DNA from: Macrostomum lignano
Lineage: Eukaryota
DNA length: 64,000 bases
Assembly: GCA_002269645.1 (NCBI GenBank)
Contig: NIVC01002193.1
Span: forward strand, 1 to 64,000
Direction: 5' to 3'
The notes under the pieces were generated by a model. That model worked only from the letters and a program-made list of their open reading frames with translations, was not told the origin of the DNA and made no database searches. Positions 1-11,803 of this stretch are shown piece by piece. The position numbers and the translations under genes were made by a program. Each line of letters begins with the position of its first letter. Within the stretch, counting starts at the first letter, position 1.

Positions 1-268
1 ATAGTGTAGTTGCCTTTACTCAACTTATTGCCTTGAATTCTGTTCTCCCTTCCTTTTGCCTTTTTCAGTGAGGTGATGGGAATTAGTCAAACTGTTTACC
101 CCGATAATTTCACTATTTATTCTACAAGTTCACCTTCATGCTCTTCTGTAATCAAGCCTGGCTTCTATTGGCTCTTATTTCATTAAAATACATTTTTGAT
201 TGAACTCAAAATTAAAAATGCTTTTGAATCCGAGAATCAGAAAAGTTCTGCTTTTAAATTTCTTTGGG

Positions 269-1591
269 GCACTTCAGTGAGTGCTGACCCCCCCCCCAAG
301 GCACTTCAGTGAGTGCTGACCCCCCCCAAGGCACTTCAGTGAGTGCTGAGCCCCCCCCCCCAGGCACTTCAGTGAGTGCTGAGCCCCCCCCCAGGCACTT
401 CAGTGAGTGCTGAGCCCCCCCCAATGCACTTTAGTGAGTGCTGAGCCCCCCCCAATGCACTTTAGTGAGTGCTGAGCCCCCCCAATGCACTTTAGTGAGT
501 GCTGAGCCCCCCCCCCAATGCACTTCAGTGAGTGCTGAGCCCCCCCCCCAATGCACTTCAGTGAGTGCTGAGCCCCCCCATGCACTTTAGTGAGTGCTGA
601 GCCCCCCCAATGCACTTCAGTGAGTGCTGAGCCCCCCCCCAATGCACTTCAGTGAGTGCTGAGCCCCCCCGCCCAATGCACTTCAGTGAGTGCTGAGCCC
701 CCCCCAGGCACTTCAGTGAGTGCTAACCCCCCAATGCACTTCAGTGAGTGCTGAGCCCCCCCCCGCCCAATGCACTTCAGTGAGTGCTGAGCCCCCCCCG
801 CCCAATGCACTTCAGTGAGTGCTGAGCCCCCACCCGCCCAATGCACTTCAGTGAGTGCTGAGCCCCCCCCCTAATGCACTTCAGTGAGTGCTGAGCCCCC
901 CCCCAAGGCACTTCAGTGAGTGCTGAGCCCCCCCCCGCCCAATGCACTTCAGTGAGTGCTGAGCCCCCCCCCGCCCAAGCACTTCAGTGAGTGCTGAGCC
1001 CCCCCCCCAATGCACTTCAGTTAGTGCTGAGCCCCCCCCCCCAATGCACTTCAGTGAGTGCTGAGCCCCCCCCCCCAATGCACTTCAGTGAGTGCTGAGC
1101 CCCCCCGCCCAATGCACTTCAGTGAGTGCTGAGCCCCCCCCCGCCCAATGCACTTCAGTGAGTGCTGAGCCCCCACCCGCCCAATGCACTTCAGTGAGTG
1201 CTGAGCCCCCACCCGCCTAATGCACTTCAGTGAGTGCTGAGCCCCCACCCGCCTAATGCACTTCAGTGAGTGCTGAGCCCACCCCCCCCAAGGCACTTCA
1301 GTGAGTGCTGAGCCCCCCCCGCCCAATGCACTTCAGTGAGTGCTGAGCCCCCCCCCCCGGCACTTCAGTGAGTGCTGAGCCCCCCCAGGCACTTCAGTGA
1401 GTGCTGAGCCCCCCCCCAAGGCACTTCAGTGAGTGCTAACCCCCCAATGCACTTCAGTGAGTGCTGCGCCCCCCACCACGCCCAAGGCACTTCAGGCACT
1501 TCAGTGAGTGCTGAGCCCACCCCCCCCCAAGGCACTTCAGTGAGTGCTTACCCCCCCTTCCCAAAGCACTTTAGTGAGTGCTGAGCCCCCC
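269..1591. repeat. Minisatellite, ~30-33 bp unit: GCACTTCAGTGAGTGCTGAG plus variable poly-C/aat spacer
   Basis: About 40 direct copies of gcacttcagtgagtgctgag separated by C-runs of variable length; the minus-strand ORFs here are repeat translations. Confidence 0.97.
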
Positions 1592-1885
1592 ATTGAGAAA
1601 AATTGAGCCCCTTTAACGATTCTCTCCATGCAGGCAGCTGTAAGCTAGCAGTTTATTTTCATTTTCCAGTGTATGCGACATCGCGTGAGTGGAATACTTA
1701 TGTTAGCCCGTGGGAATTTCAGTAAGGCCATTTTCGCAAAGCTTCTGCTGATACATCACCTGCAGCACAGGTGTTCAACCCAGTGTGCATACAATGAGGC
1801 GCTGCAGCATATTATTAACAAGCCCACTCGAGTAACATTGAAACAAAAAGCAGTTCTCAGGACGGTAAAACCGAAATTTGACACT

Positions 1886-2829
1886 TCAAGGGAGAGATGC
1901 GAAGAACTGGGAAATTTCTCGCTCTGTCATGGAGGCATTGGCGATGGCTACGGCCTTGACGGTGGCTTTGAGGAAGCTTCCGTAGTGCCGGCGACCAACT
2001 TGAATCACGTAGCAGGGCCTGGGCGACATTCGGTTCGAGTACTTCGTCACGACAAAGGAGCCATTGAAGTAGAGATTGCAGTTCCTTTCAGACCGGCTCA
2101 CTCCAATGTCGATCCAACTTTCCGCATTCATCGGAAGCACATTGGAAGTAACAAGTGCTTCTGGAACACTGTAGTACAGCAGTCCTGATTGTCGAATTCC
2201 CACAAATGCGGACCCCATCCAGCCAGATTATCACACTGGCCGGCCTCCATGAACGGCTGGACTCTCGGCTGCCTCTTCAGCTGCAGCAGCCAGGTGAAGG
2301 AGCCCCCGTTCACTACGTTTCCCACATCCTCGGTCGCCGCGTACGAAGACGCCCCGTCGAACTTGGCTCCGTCCTCAGTCCAGTCCACGTTCTCGCTGTG
2401 CAGCCGGTAGTTGCTGGGCTCGGCCTGGCACACGAGGTTGTCGAACCGGCTGCCGCCTCCTGCCAGCCACACAGCCACAAAGTGCGCACCGACCGACTCG
2501 GAGCAGTTCGACAGAGACGAGAAGCGGTACACGCTGCACCGGCTGTCGCTCGGAGACTCGGTCGCGTTGCGGGCCTGAATGTGCCGGCACACCGTCTGGT
2601 AGCGGAAGAGGCAGCACGCAGCGGTGCGCTCATTCCACTGCGCAACCAGGTCACCGGGACTGGCGCCCGCCTTCATCATGCAGGGCGCCACACTGGGCGC
2701 CTTCCAGCAGCCTTGAGCGACGGTCTCGTTGAGGCAGCGGTCGCCGAGTTTGCACCACTTCGTCCTGCAGCCGGCGGAGACGGCTGTAACCACGAAGGTC
2801 AACAGAAGAATGACGCAGAGCCGTGACAT
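1886..2829 (-). CDS. Secreted Cys-rich protein with C-terminal LamG/ConA-like (pentraxin-type) domain; single exon with a -1 frameshift at ~2185
   Basis: Signal peptide MSRLCVILLLTFVVTAVSAG starts at ATG 2829. LamG-like motifs: GAKFDGASSY...SFTWLLQLK in ORF 2128-2889, continuing as WIDIGVSRS..NLYFNG..IQVG..FLKATVKAVAIAN in ORF 1886-2218. The frames join if one G is added (FDNQ-GLLYY). Confidence 0.6.
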
Positions 2830-3676
2830 TGTTGCGAGGTTGTTTTGCTCTTTGAATGGATCGTGGGCTTGCTCATTGCTCCAATACATGAATGCAGAAG
2901 TTGATACAGGCCTTTTGTCACTGCTCCCGTGAAGCGATTGGCTGCTACCAAAGGAGGTGAACCTGTCTCATGCATTCCAACTTGCTGTCATTCGTGGTCT
3001 CAGTTAACACTGTTGTCCTTGAGCGAGACTGGCAAGCAAATTCAAATTTCTTCTAGTTTAGAAACTGACTGAATAGGAAATTTTCTTCACTGAAAATTGG
3101 CGGACCATCGCAAATGCCTGAGGCCGGGGAGGGTCAGCAGCTTTCATTCCATGTTTTCGAGATATACATGTAATCCCTTCCATCCCCTCCTTCCATATGC
3201 TTCTAGCGCCATGACTTTCCCCTCTCGGTTGTTCTGCGAACGCGTCCGCGCAAAATCTAGCTACAGACAAAGATCTCTTTTTGTCTGTGCTACTCTGCGT
3301 CGCTATGGGATATATATGTGGCGCAAGTGGCATCCGCTCAGAATTCTGCGATTGAGGAAGCTACAGACATGCTTGATTGGGGTTCCTCAGTGCGTGCGTC
3401 TCCACAGGCACCCCAGCGCTATCCCCCCCCCAATTCAAACGATATACGAGTACACAATACGCTCGTAGATACTTTTTAAAAGTCAAGCGCGCGTGTCAGA
3501 CGCGTTTTACCCATGCGTTTTACCGCTAAGCTGCTCTGCCTTCAACGATAGGTAGAAAATAGTCTATGGCAAACAAATTTATATTCTATAAATTTGAATC
3601 TCTACTGAAGTCAACCAAATAATTCAAGCTATCGATCCAACTCCAACTTGCCGCCTCCCCAGCCCAAACAGTCGCT

Positions 3677-4032
3677 ATGGAACGATTGAAATTCTCCAGA
3701 TTCGACGATCTCGAGCTGTCGCATAGCAGCGACTCTTCATCCAACCGGTCAGCTGACCAGCGCCTCGGCGACGGCCAGCAGGAGGGCTGGCGCCGCACCA
3801 GCACGCAGTCTGCCGCCTCTTCGTCGGCATCTCAGGGCGGCAGCGTCAGTTTCAGCGACAGCAGCGCCGAGGAAAAAAAGTTGCGCGAGTTTGGCATCGA
3901 TTGTCTGTCGCTTCGAGCTGTCAATCTGGGCTACCGGCAGAACACCTGCCTGCAGTCTGTTGAGGAGATCGGTGGCCTGGTGCGCTTCCGCAGCCAGCCG
4001 TTCATCTGCGAGGTTCTGCTGCAGCTGGATAA
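3677..4032 (+). CDS. FAM78: FAM78-family protein, exon 1
   Basis: ATG 3677; donor aa|GTGCGG at 4033 (phase 2) matches the phase of the acceptor at 4989. The spliced protein has the FAM78-like motifs WTLGLVQGC, DGDGIQFPF, RHSCTTWLVA and GQPAQLRQPPKY. Confidence 0.75.
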
Positions 4033-4052
4033 GTGCGGCGAATGGCTGAGTG

Positions 4053-4938
4053 TCAGATGGGTCAGGGAGGAGTCAGGGAGGGATGGGTCAGGGAGGAATG
4101 GGTCAGGGTGGGATGAGTCAGGGAGGGATGGGTCAGGTGGGATGGGTCAGGGAAGGATGGGTCAGGGAGGGATGGGTCAGGGAAGGATGGGTCAGGGAGG
4201 GATGGGTCAGGGAGGGATGGGTCAGGGAGGGATGGGTCAGGGAGGGATGGGTCAGGGAGGGATGGGTCAGGGAGGGATGGGTCAGGGATGGGTCAGGGTC
4301 AGGGAGGGATGGGTCAGGGAGGGATGGGTCAGGGAGGGATGGGTCAGGGAGGGATGGGTCAGGGAGGGATGGGTCAGGGAGGGATGGGTCAGGGAGGGAT
4401 GGGTCAGGGTAAGGGAGGGATGGGTCAGGGTAAGGGAGGGATGGGTCAGGGTAAGGGAGGGATGGGTCAGGGTCAGGGTAAGGGAGGGATGGGTCAGGGT
4501 AAGGGAGGGATGGGTCAGGGTAAGGGAGGGATGGGTTAGGGTAAGGGAGGGATGGGTCAGGGTAAGGGAGGGATGGGTCAGGGTAAGGGAGGGATGGGTC
4601 GGGGAGGGATGGGTCGGGGAGAGATGGGTCAGGAGGGATGGGTCAGGGAGGGATGGGTCAGGAGGGATGGGTCTGGGAGGGATGGGTCAGGGAGGGATGG
4701 GTCAGGGAGGGATGGGTCAGGGTCAGGGTAAGGGAGGGATGGGTCAGGGTAAGGGAGGGATGGGTCAGGGTAAGGGAGGGATGGGTTAGGGTAAGGGAGG
4801 GATGGGTCAGGGTAAGGGAGGGATGGGTCAGGGTAAGGGAGGGATGGGTCGGGGAGGGATGGGTCGGGGAGAGATGGGTCAGGAGGGATGGGTCAGGGAG
4901 GGATGGGTCAGGAAGGGATGGGGCAGGGAGAGGTCAGG
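4053..4938 (+). repeat. G-rich minisatellite (GGGATGGGTCAGGGA, 15-21 bp variants) filling FAM78 intron 1
   Basis: Direct tandem repeats with regular GGG runs. Confidence 0.95.
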
Positions 4939-4989
4939 AATGAATCGTAAAGTTTCCTGACTGACAACCTCTCTTCCCCTCTTCCGCAG

Positions 4990-5257
4990 GAGTCTGGCCA
5001 CGGCTGACTGGACCCTGGGTCTTGTCCAGGGCTGCAGCAGGTCGAGTTTCGTTGCCCAGTTCGAGGACGCCTGCACCCTCGAGTCCTGCTGCCAGCCGCT
5101 TGCCTTTGGCACCTTTCGAATGCTGAACGACGGCGATGGAATCCAGTTCCCGTTCGTGACGCACACCAACGCGCTGATTGAGGTGGACAAGAATACGGTA
5201 CTGGCGGACCAGTGCCAGCTGCTCTCCTATAACTGCGTGTTCACGCCCTATTCTCAG
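4990..5257 (+). CDS. FAM78: FAM78-family protein, exon 2
   Basis: Acceptor ctcttccgcAG|g, donor cag|GTGAGA; open frame SLATADWTLGLVQGC...DGDGIQFPF...FTPYSQ (absent from the ORF track because it lacks a start codon). Confidence 0.82.
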
Positions 5258-5397
5258 GTGAGAAGCAGGAGGGAGGATCGATGAGGGGAGAGATAGATAA
5301 GCGAGATTAAGAGAGATTTAAGGTTACGGCAAATTCATGAAAGATGATCGTCATTTTCGGAGACAAGTGACTTGAAGAAAATGAGAGAATTTTGAAA

Positions 5398-5850
5398 AGA
5401 TGGGAGAATTGAGAGAGAAAGGAGAACTGAGGGAGATGGGAGAATTGAAGGAGATGAGAGAATTAAGAGAGGTGGGAGAATTGTGGAAGATGGGAGAACT
5501 GAAGGAGATGGGAGAATTAAAGGAGATGGGAGAATTGAAGGAGATGGGAGAATTGTGGGAGATGGGAAAATTGAATGAGATGGAAGAATTGAGAGAGGTG
5601 GGAGAATTGAGAGAGGTTGGAGAATTGAAGGAGATGGGAGAATTGAGAGAGATGGGAGAATTGAGAGAGATGGGAGAATTGAGAGAGATGGGAGAATCGA
5701 AGGAGATGGGAGAATTGAAGGAGATGGGAGAATTGAGAGAGATGGGAGAATTGAGAGAGGTGGGAGAATTGAGAGAGATGGGAGAATCGAAGGAGATAAG
5801 AGAATTAAAGGAGATGGGAGAATTGGGAGAGATGGGACAATCGAGGAAGA
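5398..5850 (+). repeat. Purine-rich 18-bp minisatellite (GGGAGAATTGAGAGAGAT) in FAM78 intron 2
   Basis: Tandem copies visible; the ORFs 5335-5856 and 5400-5861 are repeat translations. Confidence 0.93.
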
Positions 5851-5945
5851 GAACAAGTTGAGAAGGTGGTTAAGAAATCAGGGAAGGGTTTGGAGATTAT
5901 TTCATAGAAAAATTGCTGCTTTTGCTTGCTAATAAAACCTGACAG

Positions 5946-6146
5946 ATCGACGTGGCCCTCACGAGCAGGCGGCACTACCTGACTCGTGTCAGCTTCAGGC
6001 ACAGCTGCACCACCTGGCTGGTGGCCGTGCGCCGGGGCACCCACACTGAGCGGCACTATCATCAGCGGATTAAGTACCTCACCTTTAACCCCACCTGGGA
6101 CCGGCTGTACTCCCTCATGACTATGCGATGGGACTGCGCCTTCCAG
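5946..6146 (+). CDS. FAM78: FAM78-family protein, exon 3
   Basis: Acceptor cctgacAG|atc, donor cag|GTAACT; 201 nt in frame; RHSCTTWLVAV resembles FAM78 RDQSFTTWLVA. Confidence 0.85.
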
Positions 6147-6170
6147 GTAACTCTTTGAGATCCAGTGGGC

Positions 6171-9100
6171 ACCTTGCAACCCTTCATCATCCAGCTCCAA
6201 CATCCCTGCAACCCTTCATCATCCAGCTCCAACATCCCTGCAACCCTTCATCATCCAGCTCCAACATCCCTGCAACCCTTCATCATCCAGCTCCAACATC
6301 CCTGCAACCCTTCATCATCCAGCTCCAATATCCCTGCAACCCTTCATCATCCAGCTCCAACATCCCTGCAACCCTTCATCATCCAGCTCCAACATCCCTG
6401 CAACCCTTCATCATCCAGCTCCAATATCCCTGCAACCCTTCATCATCCAGCTCCATCATCCTTGCAACCCTTCATCATCCAGCTCCAACATCCTTGCAAC
6501 CCTTCATCATTTAGCTCCAACATCCCTGCAACCCTTCATCATTCAGCTCCAATATCTCTGCAACCCTTCATCATTCAGCTCCAATATCCCTAAAGCCCTT
6601 CATCATTCAGCTCCAACATCCCTAAAACCCTTCATCATTCAGCTCCAATATCCCTAAAACCCTTCATCATTCAGCTCCAATATCCCTAAAACCCTTCATC
6701 ATTCAGCTCCAATATCCCTAAAACCCTTCATCATTCAGCTCCAATATCCCTAAAACTCTTCATCATTCAGCTCCAACATCCCTAAAACCCTTCATCATTC
6801 AGCTCCAATATCCCTAAAACCCTTCATCATTCAGCTCCAATATCCCTAAAACCCTTCATCATTCAGCTCCAATATCCCTAAAACCCTTCATCATTCAGCT
6901 CCAATATCCCTAAAACCCTTCATCATTCAGCTCCAACATCCCTAAAACCCTTCATCATTCAGCTCCAACATCCCTAAAACCCTTCATTATTCAGCTCCAA
7001 TATCCCTAAAACCCTTCATCATTCAGCTCCAACATCCCTAAAACCCTTCATCATTCAGCTCCAACATCCCTGCAACCCTTCATCATTCAGATCCAACATC
7101 CCTGCAACCCTTCATCATTCAGCTCCAATATCTCTGCAACCCTTCATCATCCAGCTCCAACATCCTTGCAACCCTTCATCATCCAGCTCCAACATCCTTG
7201 CAACCCTTCATCATCCAGCTCCAATATCTCTGCAACCCTTCATCATTCAGCTCCAATATCCTTGCAACCCTTCATCATCCAGCTCCAATATCCTTGCAAC
7301 CCTTCATCATCCAGCTCCAATATCCTTGCAACCCTTCATCATTCAGCTCCAATATCCCTGCAACCCTTCATCATCCAGCTCCAACATCCTTGCAACCCTT
7401 CATCATTCAGCTCCAACATCCTTGCAACCCTTCATCATTCAGCTCCAATATCTCTGCAACCCTTCATCATCCAGCTCCAATATCCCTAAAACCCTTCATC
7501 ATTCAGCTCCAACATCCTTGCAACCCTTCATCATTCAGCTCCAACATCCCTAAAACCCTTCATCATTCAGCTCCAACATCCCTAAAACCCTTCATCATTC
7601 AGCTCCAACATCCCTAAAACCCTTCATCATTCAGCTCCAATATCTCTGCAACCCTTCATCATTCAGCTCCAATATCTCTGCAACCCTTCATCATCCAGCT
7701 CCAATATCCCTAAAACCCTTCATCATTCAGCTCCAACATCCTTGCAACCCTTCATCATTCAGCTCCAACATCCCTAAAACCCTTCATCATTCAGCTCCAA
7801 CATCCCTAAAACCCTTCATCATTCAGCTCCAACATCCCTAAAACCCTTCATCATTCAGCTCCAACATCCTTGCAACTCTTCATCATTCAGCTCCAATATC
7901 CCTCCAACCCTTCATCATTCAGCTCCAATATCCCTCCAACCCTTCAACACTCAGCTCCAATATCCCTCCAACCCTTCAACACTCAGCTCCAATATCTCTG
8001 CAACCCTTCAACACTCAGCTCCAATATCCCTAAAGCCCTTCATCATTCAGCTCCAACATCCCTAAAACCCTTCTTCATTCAGCTCCAATATCCCTAAAAC
8101 CCTTCATCATTCAGCTCCAATATCCCTAAAACCCTTCATCATTCAGCTCCAATATCCCTAAAACCCTTCATCATTCAGCTCCAATATCCCTAAAACTCTT
8201 CATCATTCAGCTCCAACATCCCTAAAACCCTTCATCATTCAGCTCCAATATCCCTAAAACCCTTCATCATTCAGCTCCAATATCCCTAAAACCCTTCATC
8301 ATTCAGCTCCAATATCCCTAAAACCCTTCATCATTCAGCTCCAATATCCCTAAAACCCTTCATCATTCAGCTCCAACATCCCTAAAACCCTTCATCATTC
8401 AGCTCCAACATCCCTGCAACCCTTCATCATTCAGATCCAATATCCTTGCAACCCTTCATCATCCAGCTCCAATATCCTTGCAACCCTTCATCATCCAGCT
8501 CCAATATCCTTGCAACCCTTCATCATTCAGCTCCAATATCCCTGCAACCCTTCATCATCCAGCTCCAACATCCTTGCAACCCTTCATCATTCAGCTCCAA
8601 CATCCTTGCAACCCTTCATCATTCAGCTCCAATATCTCTGCAACCCTTCATCATCCAGCTCCAATATCCCTAAAACCCTTCATCATTCAGCTCCAAAATC
8701 CTTGCAACCCTTCATCATTCAGCTCCAACATCCCTAAAACCCTTCATCATTCAGCTCCAACATCCCTAAAACCCTTCATCATTCAGCTCCAACATCCCTA
8801 AAACCCTTCATCATTCAGCTCCAATATCTCTGCAACCCTTCATCATTCAGCTCCAATATCTCTGCAACCCTTCATCATCCAGCTCCAATATCCCTAAAAC
8901 CCTTCATCATTCAGCTCCAACATCCTTGCAACCCTTCATCATTCAGCTCCAACATCCCTAAAACCCTTCATCATTCAGCTCCAACATCCCTAAAACCCTT
9001 CATCATTCAGCTCCAACATCCCTAAAACCCTTCATCATTCAGCTCCAACATCCTTGCAACCCTTCATCATTCAGCTCCAATATCCCTCCAACCCTTCATC

Positions 9101-9655
9101 ATTCAGCTCCAATATCCCTCCAACCCTTCAACACTCAGCTCCAATATCCCTCCAACCCTTCAACACTCAGCTCCAATATCCCTCCAACCCTTCAACACTC
9201 AGCTCCAATATCCCTCCAACCCTTCAACACTCAGCTCCAATATCCCTCCAACCCTTCAACACTCAGCTCCAATATCCCTCCAACCCTTCAACACTCAGCT
9301 CCAATATCCCTCCAACCCTTCGTCACTCAGCTCCAATATCCCTCCAACCCTTCATCATTCAGCTCCAATATCCCTAAAACCCTTCATCATTCAGCTCCAA
9401 TATCTCTGCAACCCTTCATCACTCAGCTTCAATATCCCTGCAACCCTTCATCATTCAGCTCCAATATCCCTAAAACCCTTCATCATCCAGCTCCAATATC
9501 TCTAAAACCCTTCATCACTCAGCTCCAATATCCCTGCAACCCTTCATCACTCAGCTTCAATATCCCTGCAACCCTTCATCACTCAGCTCCAATATCCCTG
9601 CAACCCTTCATCACTCAGCTCCAATATCCCTGCAACCCTTCATCATCCAGCTCCA
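6171..9655 (+). repeat. 32-bp minisatellite (CAACCCTTCATCATTCAGCTCCAATATCCCTG / ...CTAAAA) filling FAM78 intron 3, ~109 units
   Basis: Continuous tandem array with blocks of variants. Confidence 0.97.
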
Positions 9656-9687
9656 GCCCAGTCCATCGCCTTCCCTTGCCCCACCAG

Positions 9688-10080
9688 GCGGACCTGGACT
9701 ATCGCCGCGGTGGCGACACAGTCGTGATGTTCAACGAGAGTGGCGCGGACTCGCCTAGCATCTGCGAGCGCCCTCTGCCGGTGTTTCGCTCCGTGCTGCT
9801 GGGCCCCGCCCTCGTCGACACGCAGGCGACCGTCTGCTACCTGGACAACACCGGGCAGCCGGCGCAGCTCCGCCAACCGCCGAAGTACATCACTGTGCCC
9901 TGGGGCATCTGGCAGCGTCAGATGCAGCGAGACAACAGCGGCCTGTTGCTATTCGGCTGCCAGCAGGACTGGGAGCCGCGGACGTGGCCCATCCAGCAGC
10001 CCAACAGCCTCATCGGGCACCATCCGGAGGTGCTGGTGGAGTCCCTCGGCGACGATAATAGGGACAGCATCTTCACTTGA
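9688..10080 (+). CDS. FAM78: FAM78-family protein, exon 4 (terminal)
   Basis: Acceptor ttcccttgccccaccAG|gcg in phase 0; GQPAQLRQPPKY resembles FAM78 GQPLVVIPPK; TGA at 10078-10080. Confidence 0.8.
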   Translation, partial: ADLDYRRGGDTVVMFNESGADSPSICERPLPVFRSVLLGPALVDTQATVCYLDNTGQPAQLRQPPKYITVPWGIWQRQMQRDNSGLLLFGCQQDWEPRTWPIQQPNSLIGHHPEVLVESLGDDNRDSIFT

Positions 10081-10109
10081 AGCTGATTGGACCTTCTGCT
10101 AGTGTGCCC

Positions 10110-10385
10110 TTCGGGTATTCGGGCATTCGGCTATTCGGGCATTCGGCTATTCGGGCATTCGGGTATTCGGTCATTCGGGTATTCGGTCATTCGGGTATTC
10201 GGTCATTCGGGTATTCGGTCATTCGGTCATTCGGGCATTCGGTCATTCGGGTATTCGGGCATTCGGGCATTCGGTCATTCGGGTATTCGGTCATTCGGTC
10301 ATTCGAACATTTGGGAATTCGGGCATTTGGGCATTCGGTCATTCGGGCATTCGGGTATTCGGTCATTCGGGTATTCGTGTATTCA
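10110..10385 (+). repeat. 8-bp repeat (ATTCGGGC/ATTCGGTC/ATTCGGGT) just after the FAM78 stop
   Basis: Tandem octamers visible. Confidence 0.93.
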
Positions 10386-10903
10386 GGAATTCGTAACAAC
10401 ACAGAAATTGTCCTGCAGTGACAATTTATAACCAATGACTAAATTGTTGCCTTGTTCCAATTTCTGTCAATGTTTCCTGTTGCTTGCTTCTAAAACTGAA
10501 TGCACATATTACTGAAATATAACCAAATTACATGATGCAATAATATTATACTTTAAAAAGATTTATCATTAATAAATTATTATCTGTAAACCAACCAGTT
10601 ACTAGTAGAAATTATAGTTTAACGAAGCATATTTATATTTTTAGCTTAACTGTGGGGTAAACCTTATCACGCGTTCATTATGGTGCAGTGACAAACAATT
10701 TACACAATTCACAAGCTACGATCGTAACAAATATTCTTACGAGCGTAGAAATGTCTCATCAATTAGAAAGTTGCAGCACTGAACAGGTGCCGACAAAACT
10801 AATATTAATGGCGTGGATCTGCACCGTCCACACGCTGATGAACGAATGAGATGCTTTTATTGAGAAGAGAGCAAAAAACTCATTTATTATAACCGATTGG
10901 GTG

Positions 10904-11265
10904 GGGGCCGTAGCCCAGCGGTAGCGCAGCTGCTCTGGTGTGCCGCAACCCAGGCTCGATTCCAAGTGCAGCCACATTAATTTGGGGCTGGATTGGAATC
11001 TTGGCTTGGCTCGCTTGTGCAATTAACGGCCTTGAGAGCCAACCCCCCCAAGGCGCAGTGAAGTGTACATGCCTAACAATTGATAAAGTTAGGGCCGCTG
11101 TACACTCCTGTGTGAGTGTGTGCCTGCGTAACGTATCCGCGCGCTTGTATGCCTGCTCAGGGGAGTCGGCGGAATGGGCAGTAATGCCTCTCGCCGGTTG
11201 TGTGACAATGTCGCTTAAATTGCGCCAGGGTGCACACAACCCCCCTGCCTGTAATAAAAAAAAAA
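10904..11265 (+). mobile_element. tRNA-derived SINE, family 1, copy 1
   Basis: A-box TAGCCCAGCGG, B-box-like GGCTCGATTCC, poly-A tail; perfect 13-bp TSD aaccgattgggtg (10891-10903 and 11266-11278); homologous copies at ~30030 and ~53832. Confidence 0.9.
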
Positions 11266-11346
11266 AACCGATTGGGTGAGCTCATGCTAAAAGTAAATCA
11301 ATTCCAAGGAATCAATTCCAATCAATTCCACTGGAGCCTCCAAACC

Positions 11347-11550
11347 AATTCCAAGGTTCACTGGAGCCTGGCATTTTCCCAACCAATTCCAAGGTCACTG
11401 GAGCCTGACATTCCCAACAAATTCCAAGGTCACTGGAGCCTAGCATTCCCAACTAATTCCAAGGTCACTGGAGCCTAGCATTCCCAACTAATTCCAAGGT
11501 CACTGGAGCCTGGCATTCCCAACCAATTCCAAGGTCACTGGAGACTGCAT
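11347..11550. repeat. 35-bp tandem repeat (AATTCCAAGGTCACTGGAGCCTAGCATTCCCAACT), ~6 copies
   Basis: Direct repeats at 35-bp spacing. Confidence 0.9.
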
Positions 11551-11803
11551 TTCTAAAAGATCGCAGGAGGGGTTTCCCAAAAAACTTCAAGGTCATCATT
11601 GGCTTCCCTTCCTAAGTTGATGGCCGTTTGTTCAACTATTGGGCATTCATACTCAGTAACAGAATGAATTGAAGTATTGAACCAAAAGCATTTATAAAAA
11701 TCACCCGTAAAAATATTTTGTATGGCAGCACGTAAGGCAAACAGTGGATTTTTAAAACAGAAAAATAAGCAATCGAATCTCGTTTTGTTAGGGAACAGCC
11801 AGA

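Noticed and set aside
269-1591. CRISPR-like array (constant palindromic repeat with variable spacers)
   Set aside because: The spacers are short poly-C length variants rather than unique 25-45 bp sequences; the context is eukaryotic and there are no cas genes.
1673-2826. Plus-strand ORFs 1673-2188 and 2155-2826
   Set aside because: Antisense shadows of the GC-rich minus-strand lectin-like gene; no recognisable motifs.
4033-4789. [10 protein letters not shown] extension of ORF 3677-4789 as real protein
   Set aside because: It is the translation of an intronic minisatellite; a phase-compatible splice to 4990 restores the FAM78 motifs.
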